Source: Escherichia coli (GTDB lineage: Bacteria > Pseudomonadota > Gammaproteobacteria > Enterobacterales > Enterobacteriaceae). Taken from it: a stretch of 64,000 nucleotides of DNA. A program made the position numbers and the translations under genes. Location of the stretch: NCBI RefSeq assembly GCF_016903815.1, contig NZ_CP069973.1; one strand, given 5' to 3'. A model generated the notes under the pieces. That model was not told the DNA's origin, ran no database searches, and saw only the letters and a program-made list of their open reading frames with translations. Below, piece after piece: positions 1 to 12,188 of the stretch; the stretch's first letter is position 1, and each line of letters begins with the position of its first letter.

Positions 1-2638
1 CTTCGATGCTTCTTCGCCGAGCGTTTGCGGTGCCTGCAGCATCTGGGTAATTACCGCCTGCTGGATTTGCGCAAACTCATCTGGCTTCATCGCTCGCAAT
101 TTTGCCTCTGCGGTTGGGAAAAACGCCTTGTAACGCTCCCACAAGAATGAAGGCTGTTTATCATTGCTTTGCAAAAGGAAGCCCATGCCCCACTGACGCC
201 CCACGCTCATTGGAAACGCAAACACGGCATAGCCCAATTGTTCTTCGGTACGCAACTGATTGTAGAACCACGGCTGTACGATCTGCCCCAACAGAGAGCT
301 ATAGGCTGAGCTGGTGTATTCATCGTAGCCAGTCGGTACAAATACCGCTGCCAGTGCGGAGTCGGTGCTGTTACCGGCTTTTTCAAAGATGACGGATTGT
401 TTTTTATCGACCACTACATCTTTGTTTCGACACCACTCTGAACCATCAGCGCCCAACTGTTTTTGCACATCGCGTGCCAGCGTTGTTGCCTGGGCCTCGG
501 TCATGTTGCCGATAACCATAAACTCTGGTCGAGCCCCTGATTTTAAGGCGTCGCGATAGGCCAGCACCTCTTTCAACGTAATGGAGGGCAAAATTTTACG
601 CCGTTCATCTCGCGAGAAGTACGGCACTTGCGAGAGCATCTGCGCGGGCATAATCGCCTGCTCAAACGCTTTACCCTTTTCTGCGGAATCCATCATCTGG
701 TTATACCAGGACTTCGCCTGCTCAAGCTGATCTTCCGTGGCGGTATAGCTAAAGTAGCCTTCCAGCAATGCCTGGAACAGCTGCGGCAGACGCTGGGTGT
801 AACCATTAGCATTAACCATAAGGCCGTTGTTAGCGTTGGTGGAAAAACTTATGCCACCAACCGACGCCTGGTTGCTTAACTGATCAAGCGCCAGCCCTGC
901 GAGATAATCATTGAGCGCAAACATCACCTGATTGCGGGCGCTGTCCATGGCTTTCGGATTACGCAAAATCAGGCTGACATCAGCTTTGGGCTCGCTGGCA
1001 AAATAACGGCTTGGCGCATACACCACGCGCAGATTCGACTCATCAACAATCAGCTCTGGATGGTCGTATTTCTTCTCTGACTTAATCAGCGAGAAATCAT
1101 CAGGAATATAAGGGTTAAGCTCTGGCAAAGAGAGCGCAATGTCGGCGGCTTTTTTCTGCCAGTCGGCGAAAGTTTGTGCGCTGATTTTATCGACCTGATA
1201 CGGCGCATCGACAAAGTAAGCCGTTTTGTTGTGCGGCTCTTTCGGGCTGATATACCAGATACGCGCATTCTGCGGCGTCATCATCGCCAGACGTTCCTTT
1301 ACTGCTTTAGCATCGTACCGATCGGCAATATTGACTGCATCCAGCGTATGCTCAACAGGAACGCGAATCATGGTATCTGCCAGCCATTCGACGTAATCCA
1401 TATCACGGGTGATCGACGGATAACGGAAGTCGATATCCAGCACATTCGCCAGTTCATCGAAGTATTGTTTATCAATGCCTTTTTCACGTAACAGATTGAG
1501 ATAGCTAAAAATTGCCGCCACAACCTGATCGCGATTAGCCAGGCCTTTATCGGTTAAAGACGCAGAGATCGCTAATACGCCGCTGTTGCCGTTGACGATA
1601 GGATCGGAGTTGGCGCTAATGCCCTCAACTAATCCCTGCTTTTGCAGCCAGTCAGAAAGTGTACCTGGGCTGCGATTGCCAATCAGATAGGTAATCAATT
1701 CATCGGTTTTACTACGGAACTTCGCTGAGTTGTTATCGATGCGAAACTCAACGCGCAACACTTTACGCGGCAGCGCAGGGACGTAATGAATGATAATGCC
1801 CTTTTGCGCGTCGGTGACTACCGGCACGGTGATTTCCGGTTTTTTGCTCTCTTTGTTCGGCACGCGACCAAAGGTGTCCGCCGCCATTTTTGCCAACTCC
1901 GGCAGCGGTTTATTGCTGTAAATAACCGCCTTCATCAGATTGGCGGAATAGTACTTCTCGTGGAAATCTTTCAGCGCCTGCTGCACCGGATTACCAGGTT
2001 TGTCGCTTAAAGTTTCGAGGTTACCACCAGAAAACTTTGAACCGGGGTGTGCCGGGTTAATGGTTTCTGCGCTGACCTGCGCCATGCGCATCCCGTCACG
2101 CGTACGCGCCATGGTTAATTCGGCATTCACTGCATTACGTTCACGTTCGGCGTATTTCTTGTCGAGCAAGGGTTCTGCAATAGCGTCCGCCAGGCGGTCT
2201 ACCGCACCGGGCAAGGCGTCGTTCTCAACTTCCAGATAGAAAGCCGTGCGATACGGTGCCGTGCTGGCATTGTGACTGCCGCCGTGCATTTTGAGATATT
2301 CGGCCAGACTGTCAGCCTGCGGGTACTTTTTCGACCCCATCAGACTCATATGTTCAAGGTAATGTGCCAGCCCCTGGTACGCCTCGGGATCTTCCAGCGA
2401 CCCAACGGGCACCACCAGCGCCGAGAGCGATTTAACCGCCTGCGGATCAGAAACCAGCAAGACCACCATACCGTTATCCAGACGTATAGCCTGATACTGG
2501 CGGTTATCTTTATCACTTTTACGGATGGTTTCCTGAATCGGCTGCCATCCCGTTTCTGCCTGACTTAAGGGTGCCCAAAGGGCAACAAACAACAATAATG
2601 CTTTGAACCAGGTGCTGCGGGGCATTCACGGACCTCAT
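1..2638 (-). CDS. ptrA: Protease III (pitrilysin), N-terminal ~879 codons; 3' end lies beyond the window start
   Basis: Reverse-strand translation from the ATG at 2636-2638 gives MPRSTWFKALLLLVALWAPLSQAETGWQPIQETIRKSD..., a signal peptide plus the Protease III N-terminus. It sits immediately downstream of recC, as in the E. coli recC-ptrA-recB-recD cluster. It is absent from the ORF track because its stop lies outside the window. Confidence 0.85.
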
Positions 2639-2800
2639 AATCAACTTTATTTTCTGGCCAGATTCAACAGGTTAACGCAAATCATCTGCCAGAATTTAAT
2701 CTTGTGCTGCACGAGTCAGCCTATGTCTATATATCCATCAGTCCGTGACTGGTGCGCATCATAATGTAAGCGAATGAATTGCGCAATTTTTATACAGCAC

Positions 2801-5800
2801 TCATGACTGATTAAAGCGAAACAGCGGTAACAGGAAACGTTGCGACTGTTCAACGATGGCCTCCATTGTCTCTGGTGTTAATTGCCGCCAGAGCCGTTGA
2901 TACCAGATATCATCACCTTCGCCACGCACCATCATGTTGCCTTCGTAAGCCTGAAGGAATTTCGTACGGGCTTTTTGCAACGTGGAATCGTCATCCAGCA
3001 TGGCATCGTTTTGCGCGTCATAACAGGTTTTTAGCCACGCGCCGCCACTTTCAGGTAACACCAGCAATGGCGCGGACATTCCTTCACGATACCCCTCAAT
3101 CAGTTGTGAGAGGTAATGCAAAGCCTGTTCGGCTGCAAGCGGCGGAAAACGCCACTCACCGTCTTTGCGTAGAAAAAGGCGACTTTCGCCATTACCACCG
3201 CTGGCACAGTAGACAAGGTGTTCCAGCCAAAGTTGCATTCCCTGCGCCACACTTAATAAAGAGGGACGCCAGCGCAACAGGCCATCCGGCTGCACCTGCG
3301 GCAACCAGCCAGTTATCTGCACACCGTTGCAGGCGAGATCAATTTCCATACTCTGCCCCGGCTGGCGACAGGCAATGACTCTGTCGGCAAGCTGCTGCAT
3401 CTCCTGGCACTGTGTTTCCCAGAAAATTTCACCAAAAGCGCCATACGGTAAATCCCCTGCCGCCCGGAAGCGGCGGAACAAGCGTTCGGCATCATCCTGC
3501 TCAACCAGTGCATTCAATAACTGCTGATTGATTTGATAACGGCTAAGTCCTTCCAGAATAAATGGCTCGGTGTCTGGGATTTCGCTGTCTTCAGTACGGA
3601 AGTTCACCTGCAAACGCATCTGGAAGAACGCCCGCACCGGATGTGCCCAGAATCGTTGTAGCGTTTCCAGCGGCACGGTTTCCGGTAAGGTAAACGGCAG
3701 CGGCTGAACAAATTCAGAATGTGCTTTACCAGCCTGGCTGGCCGCAGGTAGCCATTCACGAGCATAGCTTTGTCGTTCGCCTGGCTGGTAGTTTTGTGGA
3801 TCAAACGGCATCCGGGTATGGAGGCAAGTAAGATGCGCTTTTACCCTTGCCTCGCTTTCATCACAGTTGAGCGCTTCATCGCCCGGTAGATAATGACTTT
3901 GCCCGATGTAGTCGATCAGTTCCTGCACCAGTACCGACGGGAAACGTTCACTGTTATCCTGAATGGAACGCCCGATATAGCTGATATAGAGTTTTTGCTG
4001 CGCGGAAATTAACGCTTCCAGGAACAGGTAGCGGTCGTCATCGCGACGGCTACGGTCGCCACGCTTCGGTTTCTGGCTCATCAGGTCAAAGCCCAATGGC
4101 GCAAGCTGACGTGGATAAACGCCGTCGTTCATTCCCAGCAGGCAAACCACTTTGAACGGAATTGAACGCATTGGCATCAGAGTACAAATGTTAACCGGTC
4201 CGGCGAGAAAACGCTGGCTGATACGTTCTTGATCCAGACGCTGCGCCAGTTCATCACGCAATAGTGACAGCGGCACCGCGTCGCCATACTGCGCACCTAA
4301 ACCTTCGGCGATAATCGCCTGCCATTGTTGTTCGATCAGCGTCATCGCCGCTTCGGTTTCCGCATCCGGCAGGAAGAAGGCGTTGAGCATATCGCGACAA
4401 ACCGGCAACCACTCTTCTAGCGGACGCTCCTGTGCCAGCCCGCGACGCCAGATGTTTAGCTGCATTAGCAGTGAAGCCAGATGCCCCACCAGTTCTGCAA
4501 TTAAGCCGCTCGATTCATCATAAGGTAGAACCGATTGCCACTCGCCCTGCGCGCTCTCCATCGCGTAGCCCAGCAACATACGCGTCAGGCCAAATCGCCA
4601 GGTGTGTTGTCCGGTGGCGGGGAGTTCCAGCTCGCGAACGTTGTCGTCATCTATCCCCCAACGAATGCCGGATTCGTTGACCCACTGGCGTAAATAACGC
4701 AGCCCTTCTTCGGTGATGTCAAACCGCGCCGCCAGCACCGGCACATCCAGCAGCGCCAGCACATCCTCTGACACAAAGCGACTGTCAGGCAGTGATAACA
4801 GGCTGATAAACGCTTCCAGTACCGGATGTGACTGCCGCGCACGACGGTCGGAAATGGCGTAAGGCAGGTAACGATCCGCAGGTGCGCTACCAAACACTGC
4901 CTGAATAAACGGACTGTAGCTGTCGATATCAGCCACCATCACGATGATGTCGCGCGGAGTAAGTGTCGCGTCTTCCTCCAGCATCGCCAGCAAGCGATCG
5001 TGTAAAACTTCAACTTCACGCTGCGGGCTATGGCAAACGTGGAAGGTGATACTGCTATCCAGTGGATCAAGCGGGCGTTTGTTATCGCTACGGGAAAACT
5101 CTTCGATGTTCACACCCGCAACGGCGCGGTTTTCCAGTTCCAGAATGTCAGACTGAATGTTATGCAGCAGGTTATCTGGCGTGACATCGACAAAGGCGTC
5201 CAGCTCCTGGCTGCTCTCCAGGTCAGAAAGGAGATAAATGTAGTCGCGCCCAAGCTTACCCCATGAAGCCAGCAGCGGGTTGCCGACATCCTGTTCACCA
5301 TCGCTGTTAAAGAGCTGCCCGGCATTTTCGCTATCACGAAATAGCGGCAATTCGCGATCTTCAAAACTGTGTCGACGCTGACGGGTCAGCAGTTTCGCCA
5401 GATAAGCAGGATCTTTAATATCGCCCCAGTAATAACGGCAGGGGTTGGTAAACAGGAGATGGATTTCAATATGTTTACCCAGCGCCTGTAGCGCCTGGAG
5501 ATAAACAGGCGGTAACGCGGAAATACCGCATATAAAGACGCGCGAAGGTAACCCCGGCGGGCAGGTCGTCGCGGACTCCAGCGTTTCGATAAAGCGCTGA
5601 TAGAGATTGGCGCGGTGCCAACGCGGTTGTCCGAGTTCATGGGTATATTCCACCAGCGCCTTCCACAACGGCGCTTGCCAGGCCTGTGCCTCTCCCAGCC
5701 CTTCAACCAAATGTCCTGTTTCCCAGTGTGCCAGCCAGTCCGGACGATAGACCAGATACTGGTCAAACAGGTCCGCCGCTTTTGAGGAAAGCTGGAACAG

Positions 5801-6169
5801 TTTTCGCTTGTCGCTATCGTCAGTCAGATAATGCCGCAACAGGGTAAAGTCTTCGCGCTCCAGCAATTGCGGCAGCAGAGTCATCAGTTTCCAGCTCATG
5901 CTCTGTTTGTTAAAGGCACTCTCTTTGGGGATCTCCGGTAACACCCGGACGAACATATCCCAGATAAAGCTCGCTGGCAGCGGAAAATCAATGTTTGCCG
6001 CAATACCAAACTTTTGCGACAGGGTCATTTGCAGCCACTGCGCCATACCGGTACTTTGCACCAGAATCATCTCTGGTTCGAAAGGATCGTCCAGCCGTTC
6101 GCGTTCGACAATAAACTCCATCAACGCTTCCAGCACGTCCAGACGATTGGAATGGTAGACCCTTAACAT
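2801..6169 (-). CDS. recC: Exodeoxyribonuclease V gamma subunit RecC
   Basis: 1122-aa ORF; N-terminus MLRVYHSNRLDVLEALMEFIVERERLDDPFEPEMILVQSTGMAQWLQ and the length match RecC. Confidence 0.93.
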   Translation of the reverse strand: MLRVYHSNRLDVLEALMEFIVERERLDDPFEPEMILVQSTGMAQWLQMTLSQKFGIAANIDFPLPASFIWDMFVRVLPEIPKESAFNKQSMSWKLMTLLPQLLEREDFTLLRHYLTDDSDKRKLFQLSSKAADLFDQYLVYRPDWLAHWETGHLVEGLGEAQAWQAPLWKALVEYTHELGQPRWHRANLYQRFIETLESATTCPPGLPSRVFICGISALPPVYLQALQALGKHIEIHLLFTNPCRYYWGDIKDPAYLAKLLTRQRRHSFEDRELPLFRDSENAGQLFNSDGEQDVGNPLLASWGKLGRDYIYLLSDLESSQELDAFVDVTPDNLLHNIQSDILELENRAVAGVNIEEFSRSDNKRPLDPLDSSITFHVCHSPQREVEVLHDRLLAMLEEDATLTPRDIIVMVADIDSYSPFIQAVFGSAPADRYLPYAISDRRARQSHPVLEAFISLLSLPDSRFVSEDVLALLDVPVLAARFDITEEGLRYLRQWVNESGIRWGIDDDNVRELELPATGQHTWRFGLTRMLLGYAMESAQGEWQSVLPYDESSGLIAELVGHLASLLMQLNIWRRGLAQERPLEEWLPVCRDMLNAFFLPDAETEAAMTLIEQQWQAIIAEGLGAQYGDAVPLSLLRDELAQRLDQERISQRFLAGPVNICTLMPMRSIPFKVVCLLGMNDGVYPRQLAPLGFDLMSQKPKRGDRSRRDDDRYLFLEALISAQQKLYISYIGRSIQDNSERFPSVLVQELIDYIGQSHYLPGDEALNCDESEARVKAHLTCLHTRMPFDPQNYQPGERQSYAREWLPAASQAGKAHSEFVQPLPFTLPETVPLETLQRFWAHPVRAFFQMRLQVNFRTEDSEIPDTEPFILEGLSRYQINQQLLNALVEQDDAERLFRRFRAAGDLPYGAFGEIFWETQCQEMQQLADRVIACRQPGQSMEIDLACNGVQITGWLPQVQPDGLLRWRPSLLSVAQGMQLWLEHLVYCASGGNGESRLFLRKDGEWRFPPLAAEQALHYLSQLIEGYREGMSAPLLVLPESGGAWLKTCYDAQNDAMLDDDSTLQKARTKFLQAYEGNMMVRGEGDDIWYQRLWRQLTPETMEAIVEQSQRFLLPLFRFNQS

Positions 6170-6181
6170 AGCGGCTCCTGA

Positions 6182-6505
6182 CTACTGACGATTCGGGCAA
6201 TGCAGGCGGGTCATCTCGCCTTCTCTGCCCCCGGGTGAAACTAGCGTAACGCTGATGCTGACACATCCCGCCTGCGATGTCTGCATTCGGTTGACCTGCC
6301 AGTTGGCAGGTGGCGAAATCGCGCGCAGTTGCGTTTGCTGCCAACCATGCCGCCAGAGCTGTTGGTACTGGTTTCTGCTGGCGAGACTGTTCATTAATGT
6401 TCGCTGGATACCCGATAACGCAGTGACAATCATCACCATCAGCACCATCGCAACCATTACCTCCGGCAGGCTAAAGCCTTGTTGATTCTTCAGGGAGGCT
6501 GACAT
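6182..6505 (-). CDS. ppdC: Prepilin-type (pseudopilin-like) protein PpdC
   Basis: ORF 6182..6529; the likely start is the internal Met ([24 protein letters not shown]), which gives 107 aa and the prepilin N-methylation motif GFSLPE followed by a hydrophobic helix. Confidence 0.75.
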   Translation of the reverse strand: MSASLKNQQGFSLPEVMVAMVLMVMIVTALSGIQRTLMNSLASRNQYQQLWRHGWQQTQLRAISPPANWQVNRMQTSQAGCVSISVTLVSPGGREGEMTRLHCPNRQ

Positions 6506-6897
6506 AATGCCCCCTCTTTCAGCGGACAAAAATCGCTCCAGCCGCGTGGCGAAAAAACAATTTTTCCATCAATGACTTCGCCTGTTCGCCACAACGAAAC
6601 GCCTTCATAACCGGCAATCAATAAGGCTTCATTATCTGCCAGTAAACGCAAACAAACCTGGGCATCGGTTCCAGCGTACTGCGAGCACTGAACTGCTGGC
6701 TGCGTCTGCCAGGAGTGCATTTTTCCCCACGCCAGCGCCGACTGAACGATGGCCTGGCGGCGCAATGACTGACTTTCCATGCTCACGCGAGAGGCAAAAC
6801 TGCGATCCTGCTGACTCATTCCTTGCAATAGCAAGCTACCCAAAACCAGCAGCATCAGGACCAGAGCCAGTGACGAAACACCTTTTTCGCGGTTCAC
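6490..6897 (-). CDS. ygdB: Uncharacterised protein YgdB of the ppd operon
   Basis: 135-aa ORF with a hydrophobic N-terminus ([24 protein letters not shown]), overlapping ppdB and ppdC as in the K-12 ppdAB-ygdB-ppdC arrangement. Confidence 0.75.
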   Translation of the reverse strand: MNREKGVSSLALVLMLLVLGSLLLQGMSQQDRSFASRVSMESQSLRRQAIVQSALAWGKMHSWQTQPAVQCSQYAGTDAQVCLRLLADNEALLIAGYEGVSLWRTGEVIDGKIVFSPRGWSDFCPLKEGALCQPP

Positions 6898-7457
6898 AGG
6901 TTGAATCCTGTCACGCTATAGCTGGCATCCACCACGGTTTGCGGTTCAGACTTACTGGCAGCACGCATATTAACCGTCAACACCGGCGAGAAGCCGCTGA
7001 CATCCTGACGTACGACCTGAAAAGTGTCGATAATGATGGCATCCGGATTAGTGACTTTATCCCAGCCCTTACCTTCACAGGATGTCGCACCGCGTAGCGT
7101 TTCCAGCACATGCTCCTTCAGACGAAATCCAATCTGGTCGGACTCTTTTACCGGTTCGCGATCCCAGATACCGTTACTGTTCGCATCCCACTGCACAATG
7201 ATACAGTCACCCTGTCCGACAATTTCCAGCCCTTCGCCGGTACAGCTGCCATGACAATAACCCGCCCTCTGGAGATGCTTCGCGACGGTAAATACCCGCA
7301 GCCAGATTTCATCTTCCAGCGCCAGCTTACGGGTGCCCGTTAAACTTTCACGCTGTAACGCAGGCAGAAAGCGTGCCGCTCCCAGCAACAATACGCTACT
7401 GATCGCCATAGCAATCAACACTTCCAGCAGAGAAAAACCTTGCTCTTTTACAGGCAT
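6894..7457 (-). CDS. ppdB: Prepilin-type protein PpdB
   Basis: Internal start [27 protein letters not shown] within the 267-aa track ORF gives 187 aa. The upstream extension overlaps ppdA in another frame and is rejected. Confidence 0.78.
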
Positions 7458-7918
7458 CCTTCTGTTTCTCCTTGCTGACAAAGCCGGAGTCTTCCCCACG
7501 GCGAAACCACCAGCCACCACTCGCCCGTTGAGTTTTTGAAGCGAATATGCCCTGCCCATGCGGTATTGCGCAGGCCAAAGAAAGCAAGCGAAGGTGTCAG
7601 GTCGCTCATTTCGACTTCGGGCCAGCGTGGCACAAAGACCAATGGTGAACTGCCATGACAGGTATTGGCCCCAGCAGCGGAACTCACAAGGCACCATAAC
7701 GTCCCCTCCCTGATAACGCTGATACTGTGGTCGCGGTTATGCCAGTTGGCATCTTCACGTAAATAGAGCAAATAGTCCCGCGCCTGGCTGGCGGTTTGCC
7801 ATAGCCGTTGCGACTGCTGCCAGTATTGCCAGCCATAGAGTCCACTTGCGCTTAGCATGACCAAAATCAGCATCGCGACCAGCGTTTCAATCAGCGTATA
7901 ACCACGTTGTGTTTTCAT
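7448..7918 (-). CDS. ppdA: Prepilin-type protein PpdA
   Basis: 156-aa [33 protein letters not shown] is a type IV prepilin leader with the (G)YTLIE motif. Confidence 0.8.
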
Positions 7919-8053
7919 GCCGGCAGTATGGAGCGAGGAGAAAAAAAGACGAGGGCCAGTTTCTATTTCTTCGGCGCATCTTCCGGACTATTTACGCCGT
8001 TGCAGGACGTTGCAAAATTTCGGGAAGGCGTCTCGAAGAATTTAACGGAGGGT

Positions 8054-8085
8054 AAAAAAAACCGACGCACACTGGCGTCGGCTCT
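8054..8085 (-). terminator. Rho-independent terminator downstream of thyA
   Basis: Hairpin ccgacgcacactggcgtcgg preceded on the + strand by an A-run, which is a T-run on the minus-strand transcript, just 3' of the thyA stop. Confidence 0.6.
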
Positions 8086-8102
8086 GGCAGGATGTTTCGT
8101 AA

Positions 8103-8897
8103 TTAGATAGCCACCGGCGCTTTAATGCCCGGATGTGGATCGTAGCCTTCAATCTCAAAGTCTTCGAAACGGTAGTCGAAGATGGATTCGGGTTTACGTT
8201 TGATAATCAACTTCGGCAGCGGACGCGGTTCGCGGCTTAATTGCAGATGAGTTTGATCCATATGATTGCTGTACAGGTGCGTGTCGCCCCCCGTCCAGAC
8301 AAAATCGCCCACTTCCAGATCACACTGCTGCGCCATCATATGCACCAGTAACGCGTAGCTGGCAATGTTAAACGGCAGGCCGAGGAAAACGTCACAGGAG
8401 CGCTGATAAAGCTGGCAAGAGAGTTTGCCGTCTGCCACATAGAACTGGAAGAACGCATGGCACGGTGCCAGCGCCATTTTATCCAGTTCGCCTACGTTCC
8501 ACGCTGAAACAATAATGCGGCGCGAATCCGGGTCGTTTTTCAGCTGGTTCAGTACCGTAGTGATCTGGTCAATATGACGACCATCCGGCGTTGGCCAGGC
8601 GCGCCACTGTTTACCATACACTGGCCCGAGGTCGCCGTTTTCATCGGCCCATTCGTCCCAGATGGTGACATTGTTTTCGTGTAGATAAGCAATGTTAGTG
8701 TCGCCCTGCAGAAACCACAGCAGTTCATGGATGATGGAACGCAGGTGGCAACGTTTAGTTGTCACCAGCGGGAATCCATCCTGCAGGTTAAAACGCATCT
8801 GATGACCAAAAATGGAAAGCGTTCCGGTTCCGGTACGGTCGTTTTTCTGTGTGCCTTCGTCGAGCACTTTTTGCATCAGTTCTAAATACTGTTTCAT
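8103..8897 (-). CDS. thyA: Thymidylate synthase
   Basis: 264-aa [71 protein letters not shown] is the ThyA signature. Confidence 0.95.
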
Positions 8898-8903
8898 GGT
8901 TCC

Positions 8904-9779
8904 TCAGGAAACGTGTTGCTGTGGGCTGCGACGATATGCCCAGACCATCATGATCACACCCGCGACAATCATCGGGATGGAAAGAATTTGTCCCATGCTG
9001 ATGTACTGCACCCAGGCACCAGTAAACTGCGCGTCGGGCTGGCGGAAAAACTCAACAATGATGCGAAACGCGCCGTAACCAATCAGGAACAAACCTGAGA
9101 CAGCTCCCATTGGGCGCGGTTTACGAATATACAGGTTGAGGATAATAAACAGCACTACACCTTCCAGCAACAGCTCGTAAAGCTGTGATGGGTGGCGCGG
9201 CAGCACACCGTAAGTATCGAAAATGGATTGCCACTGCGGGTTGGTTTGCAGCAGCAAAATATCTTCTGTACGGGAGCCAGGGAACAGCATGGCAAACGGG
9301 AAGTTCGGGTCAACGCGGCCCCACAATTCACCGTTAATAAAGTTGCCCAGACGCCCGGCACCAAGACCAAACGGAATGAGTGGTGCGATAAAATCAGAGA
9401 CCTGGAAGAAGGAACGTTTAGTACGGCGGGCGAAGATAATCATCACCACGATAACGCCAATCAGGCCGCCGTGGAAAGACATGCCGCCGTCCCAGACACG
9501 GAACAGATACAGCGGATCGGCCATAAACTGCGGGAAATTGTAGAACAGAACATAACCAATACGTCCCCCGAGGAAGACGCCGAGGAAGCCCGCATAGAGT
9601 AAGTTTTCAACTTCATTTTTGGTCCAGCCGCTGCCCGGACGATTCGCCCGTCGTGTTGCCAGCCACATTGCAAAAATGAAACCCACCAGATACATCAGGC
9701 CGTACCAGTGAAGCGCCACGGGTCCTATTGAGAAAATGACCGGATCAAACTCCGGAAAATGCAGATAGCTACTGGTCAT
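8904..9779 (-). CDS. lgt: Prolipoprotein diacylglyceryl transferase
   Basis: 291-aa [37 protein letters not shown] matches Lgt. The lgt-thyA tandem is conserved. Confidence 0.93.
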
Positions 9780-9929
9780 CTGTCACCACAAGTTCTTGTT
9801 ATTTCGCTGAAAGAGAACAGCGATTGAAATGCGCGCCGCAGGTTTCAGGCGCTCCAAAGGTGCGAATAATAGCACAAGGGGACCTGGCTGGTTGCCGGAT
9901 ACCGTTAAAAGATATGTATATGATCCGCG

Positions 9930-12176
9930 CTATAACCCTCCGCGAATCAGCCCGCCCATGCCGCGACGCTCCATAAAGGCTGCAACCTGATGGTGAACTT
10001 CGGTCGCCAGTTGCGCTTCCAGACTACGCTGCGCAAGATTTTCTGCTTCGGCATAATCAATGCGCCGCAGCAGGTATTTTACCCGCGCTACAGAACGTCC
10101 GTTCATAGACAGATGGCGATACCCAAGCCCAATGAGGATTGCCACGCACATGGGATCGCCCGCCATTTCACCGCACAAACGGAGATCGATTCCATGTATT
10201 TCCGCTTCCCGGGCGATCATCGCCAGAGCTCGTAACATTGCAGGATGAAGACTGTCATAAATGTTCGCCACCCGGGTATTGTTGCGATCAACGGCCAGAA
10301 TGTATTGAGTCAGATCGTTGGTGCCAACAGAGATGAAATCGACCCGCTTTGCCAGATGCGGCAGCATAAATACCATTGACGGCACTTCCAGCATGATGCC
10401 GATACGTGGTTTGGGAATTTCGTAACCGATCATCTCCTCGACTTCACGTCCGGCACGTTCAATCAGGCGGCGTGCTTCATCAACTTCATCGAGGCTTGTG
10501 ACCATCGGCAACAGAATATTCAGGTTGCCCGTAGCGGCATTAGCACGCAGCATCGCCCGCACCTGGATCAAGAAGATCTCCGGCTGATCGAGCGTAATGC
10601 GAATCCCACGCCAACCCAGGCATGGATTCTCTTCGCTGATCGGCATGTAAGGCAGCTGCTTATCTGCTCCGACATCCAGCGTACGCAAGGTGACGGGTTT
10701 ATCATTGAACATTTGCAGCATCCCCTGATACTGCGCCACCTGTTCTTCTTCCGACGGGAAACCACTTTGCAGCATGAATGGGATTTCAGTGCGATAAAGA
10801 CCGATGCCATCAATACGGCTGCCCAGTTTTTCTTCATGTTCCGGGCTTAAACCAGCATTGAGCATGACTTTTATACGCTCACCGCTTTTTAACTGCGCGG
10901 GTAAATTGACGTCATCTTCCGCCAGACGGCTAAGCTCAATCTCTTCACTAATTAGCCGCTGATATTCTTGCAGCAGTACCGGCTCCGGATCGACCAGCAA
11001 TTCACCGCGATAGCCATCAACGATCAGCGTCCTACGATGCAGCACCGAAGGCTGAATATCCGCGCCCATCACGGTAGGGATCCCCAGCGCACGTACCATG
11101 ATCGCAGCATGGGAGTTGGCTGCGCCATCTCGCACGACAACACCGACTAAGCGATCCTGGGGCAGCTCAGCAAGAGTTGTCGCTGACAGTTCATCTGCCA
11201 CCAGAATGAAACGTTCCGGCCAGGCGTTCGGCCCTTGATTAGCGTCATCAAGATGAAACAGCAATCGCTGACCCAGCGCACGTAAATCGCCAGCCCGCTC
11301 TTTGAGATAGTTATCGCTTAGCGCGGCAAACTGTTCGGCAAATTTTTCAATGACCGTTTTTACCGCCCACTCTGCCACCGAGCCTTTATCAACCTCGGCA
11401 AACAATTCGCGACGCAGCCGGGTGTCCGAAAGCAGGTGCGAGTAAAGATCGAAAATAGCCGCCGTTTCTTTTTGTGCACCGGCGGCAAAGCGTTTGCTGT
11501 AGCGGCGAAACTCGTTTGCCGCTTCTTCCAGCGCCCCGGTCAGTCGTTCGCGTTCCAGAGCCGGATCCAGCGTTGATGCCTGATACACCTGTTCCATTAA
11601 AGGTAACGTGGCATCCTGCCAGCCTTCGGCAATCGCCACACCAGGTGCTGCCGGTAATGCGCGGATTCGCGTCTGGCGATATTGCCCAAACAAGGCAGTC
11701 AACTGCGACTGAGAAAGAATAGCTGCCATCTGGGTGGCAAGCGTCACCAGGAAGGATTCTTCACTTTCGTCATACTGGCGCAACTCTCGTTGCTGTACCA
11801 CCAGTACACCAAGCAACTGGCGACGTTGAATAATTGGTACGCCTAAAAACGCGCGGAAACGTTCTTCTTTTACGGAGGGGATGTATTTGAAGCTGGGGTG
11901 CTTTTGCGCATCTGCAAGGTTTATCGGTTCCGCCAGCCTGCCAACCAGGCCGACGATCCCTTCATCAAACGCGAGCGTTACAGTGCGACCGCGTGGTTTT
12001 TTCAGCCCCCGGGTCGCCATCAGGTAGTAACAACGTCGATCATGATCGGCCAGGTAGACCGAACAGACCTCGGTATCCATCGCAAGACAGATGTCGGTAA
12101 CCAGAATATTTAACGCCTCATTCAGGCGTGGTGCGCTGGCTACCTTTTCGACTATTTCGCGCAGGCGAGTGAGCAT
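9930..12176 (-). CDS. ptsP: Phosphoenolpyruvate-protein phosphotransferase PtsP (nitrogen-PTS enzyme I, GAF-domain)
   Basis: 748-aa ORF with an N-terminal MLTRLREIVEKVASAPRLNEALNILV (GAF region) and a C-terminal enzyme I domain. Confidence 0.92.
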   Translation of the reverse strand: MLTRLREIVEKVASAPRLNEALNILVTDICLAMDTEVCSVYLADHDRRCYYLMATRGLKKPRGRTVTLAFDEGIVGLVGRLAEPINLADAQKHPSFKYIPSVKEERFRAFLGVPIIQRRQLLGVLVVQQRELRQYDESEESFLVTLATQMAAILSQSQLTALFGQYRQTRIRALPAAPGVAIAEGWQDATLPLMEQVYQASTLDPALERERLTGALEEAANEFRRYSKRFAAGAQKETAAIFDLYSHLLSDTRLRRELFAEVDKGSVAEWAVKTVIEKFAEQFAALSDNYLKERAGDLRALGQRLLFHLDDANQGPNAWPERFILVADELSATTLAELPQDRLVGVVVRDGAANSHAAIMVRALGIPTVMGADIQPSVLHRRTLIVDGYRGELLVDPEPVLLQEYQRLISEEIELSRLAEDDVNLPAQLKSGERIKVMLNAGLSPEHEEKLGSRIDGIGLYRTEIPFMLQSGFPSEEEQVAQYQGMLQMFNDKPVTLRTLDVGADKQLPYMPISEENPCLGWRGIRITLDQPEIFLIQVRAMLRANAATGNLNILLPMVTSLDEVDEARRLIERAGREVEEMIGYEIPKPRIGIMLEVPSMVFMLPHLAKRVDFISVGTNDLTQYILAVDRNNTRVANIYDSLHPAMLRALAMIAREAEIHGIDLRLCGEMAGDPMCVAILIGLGYRHLSMNGRSVARVKYLLRRIDYAEAENLAQRSLEAQLATEVHHQVAAFMERRGMGGLIRGGL

Positions 12177-12188
12177 AATTGGCGTGAC

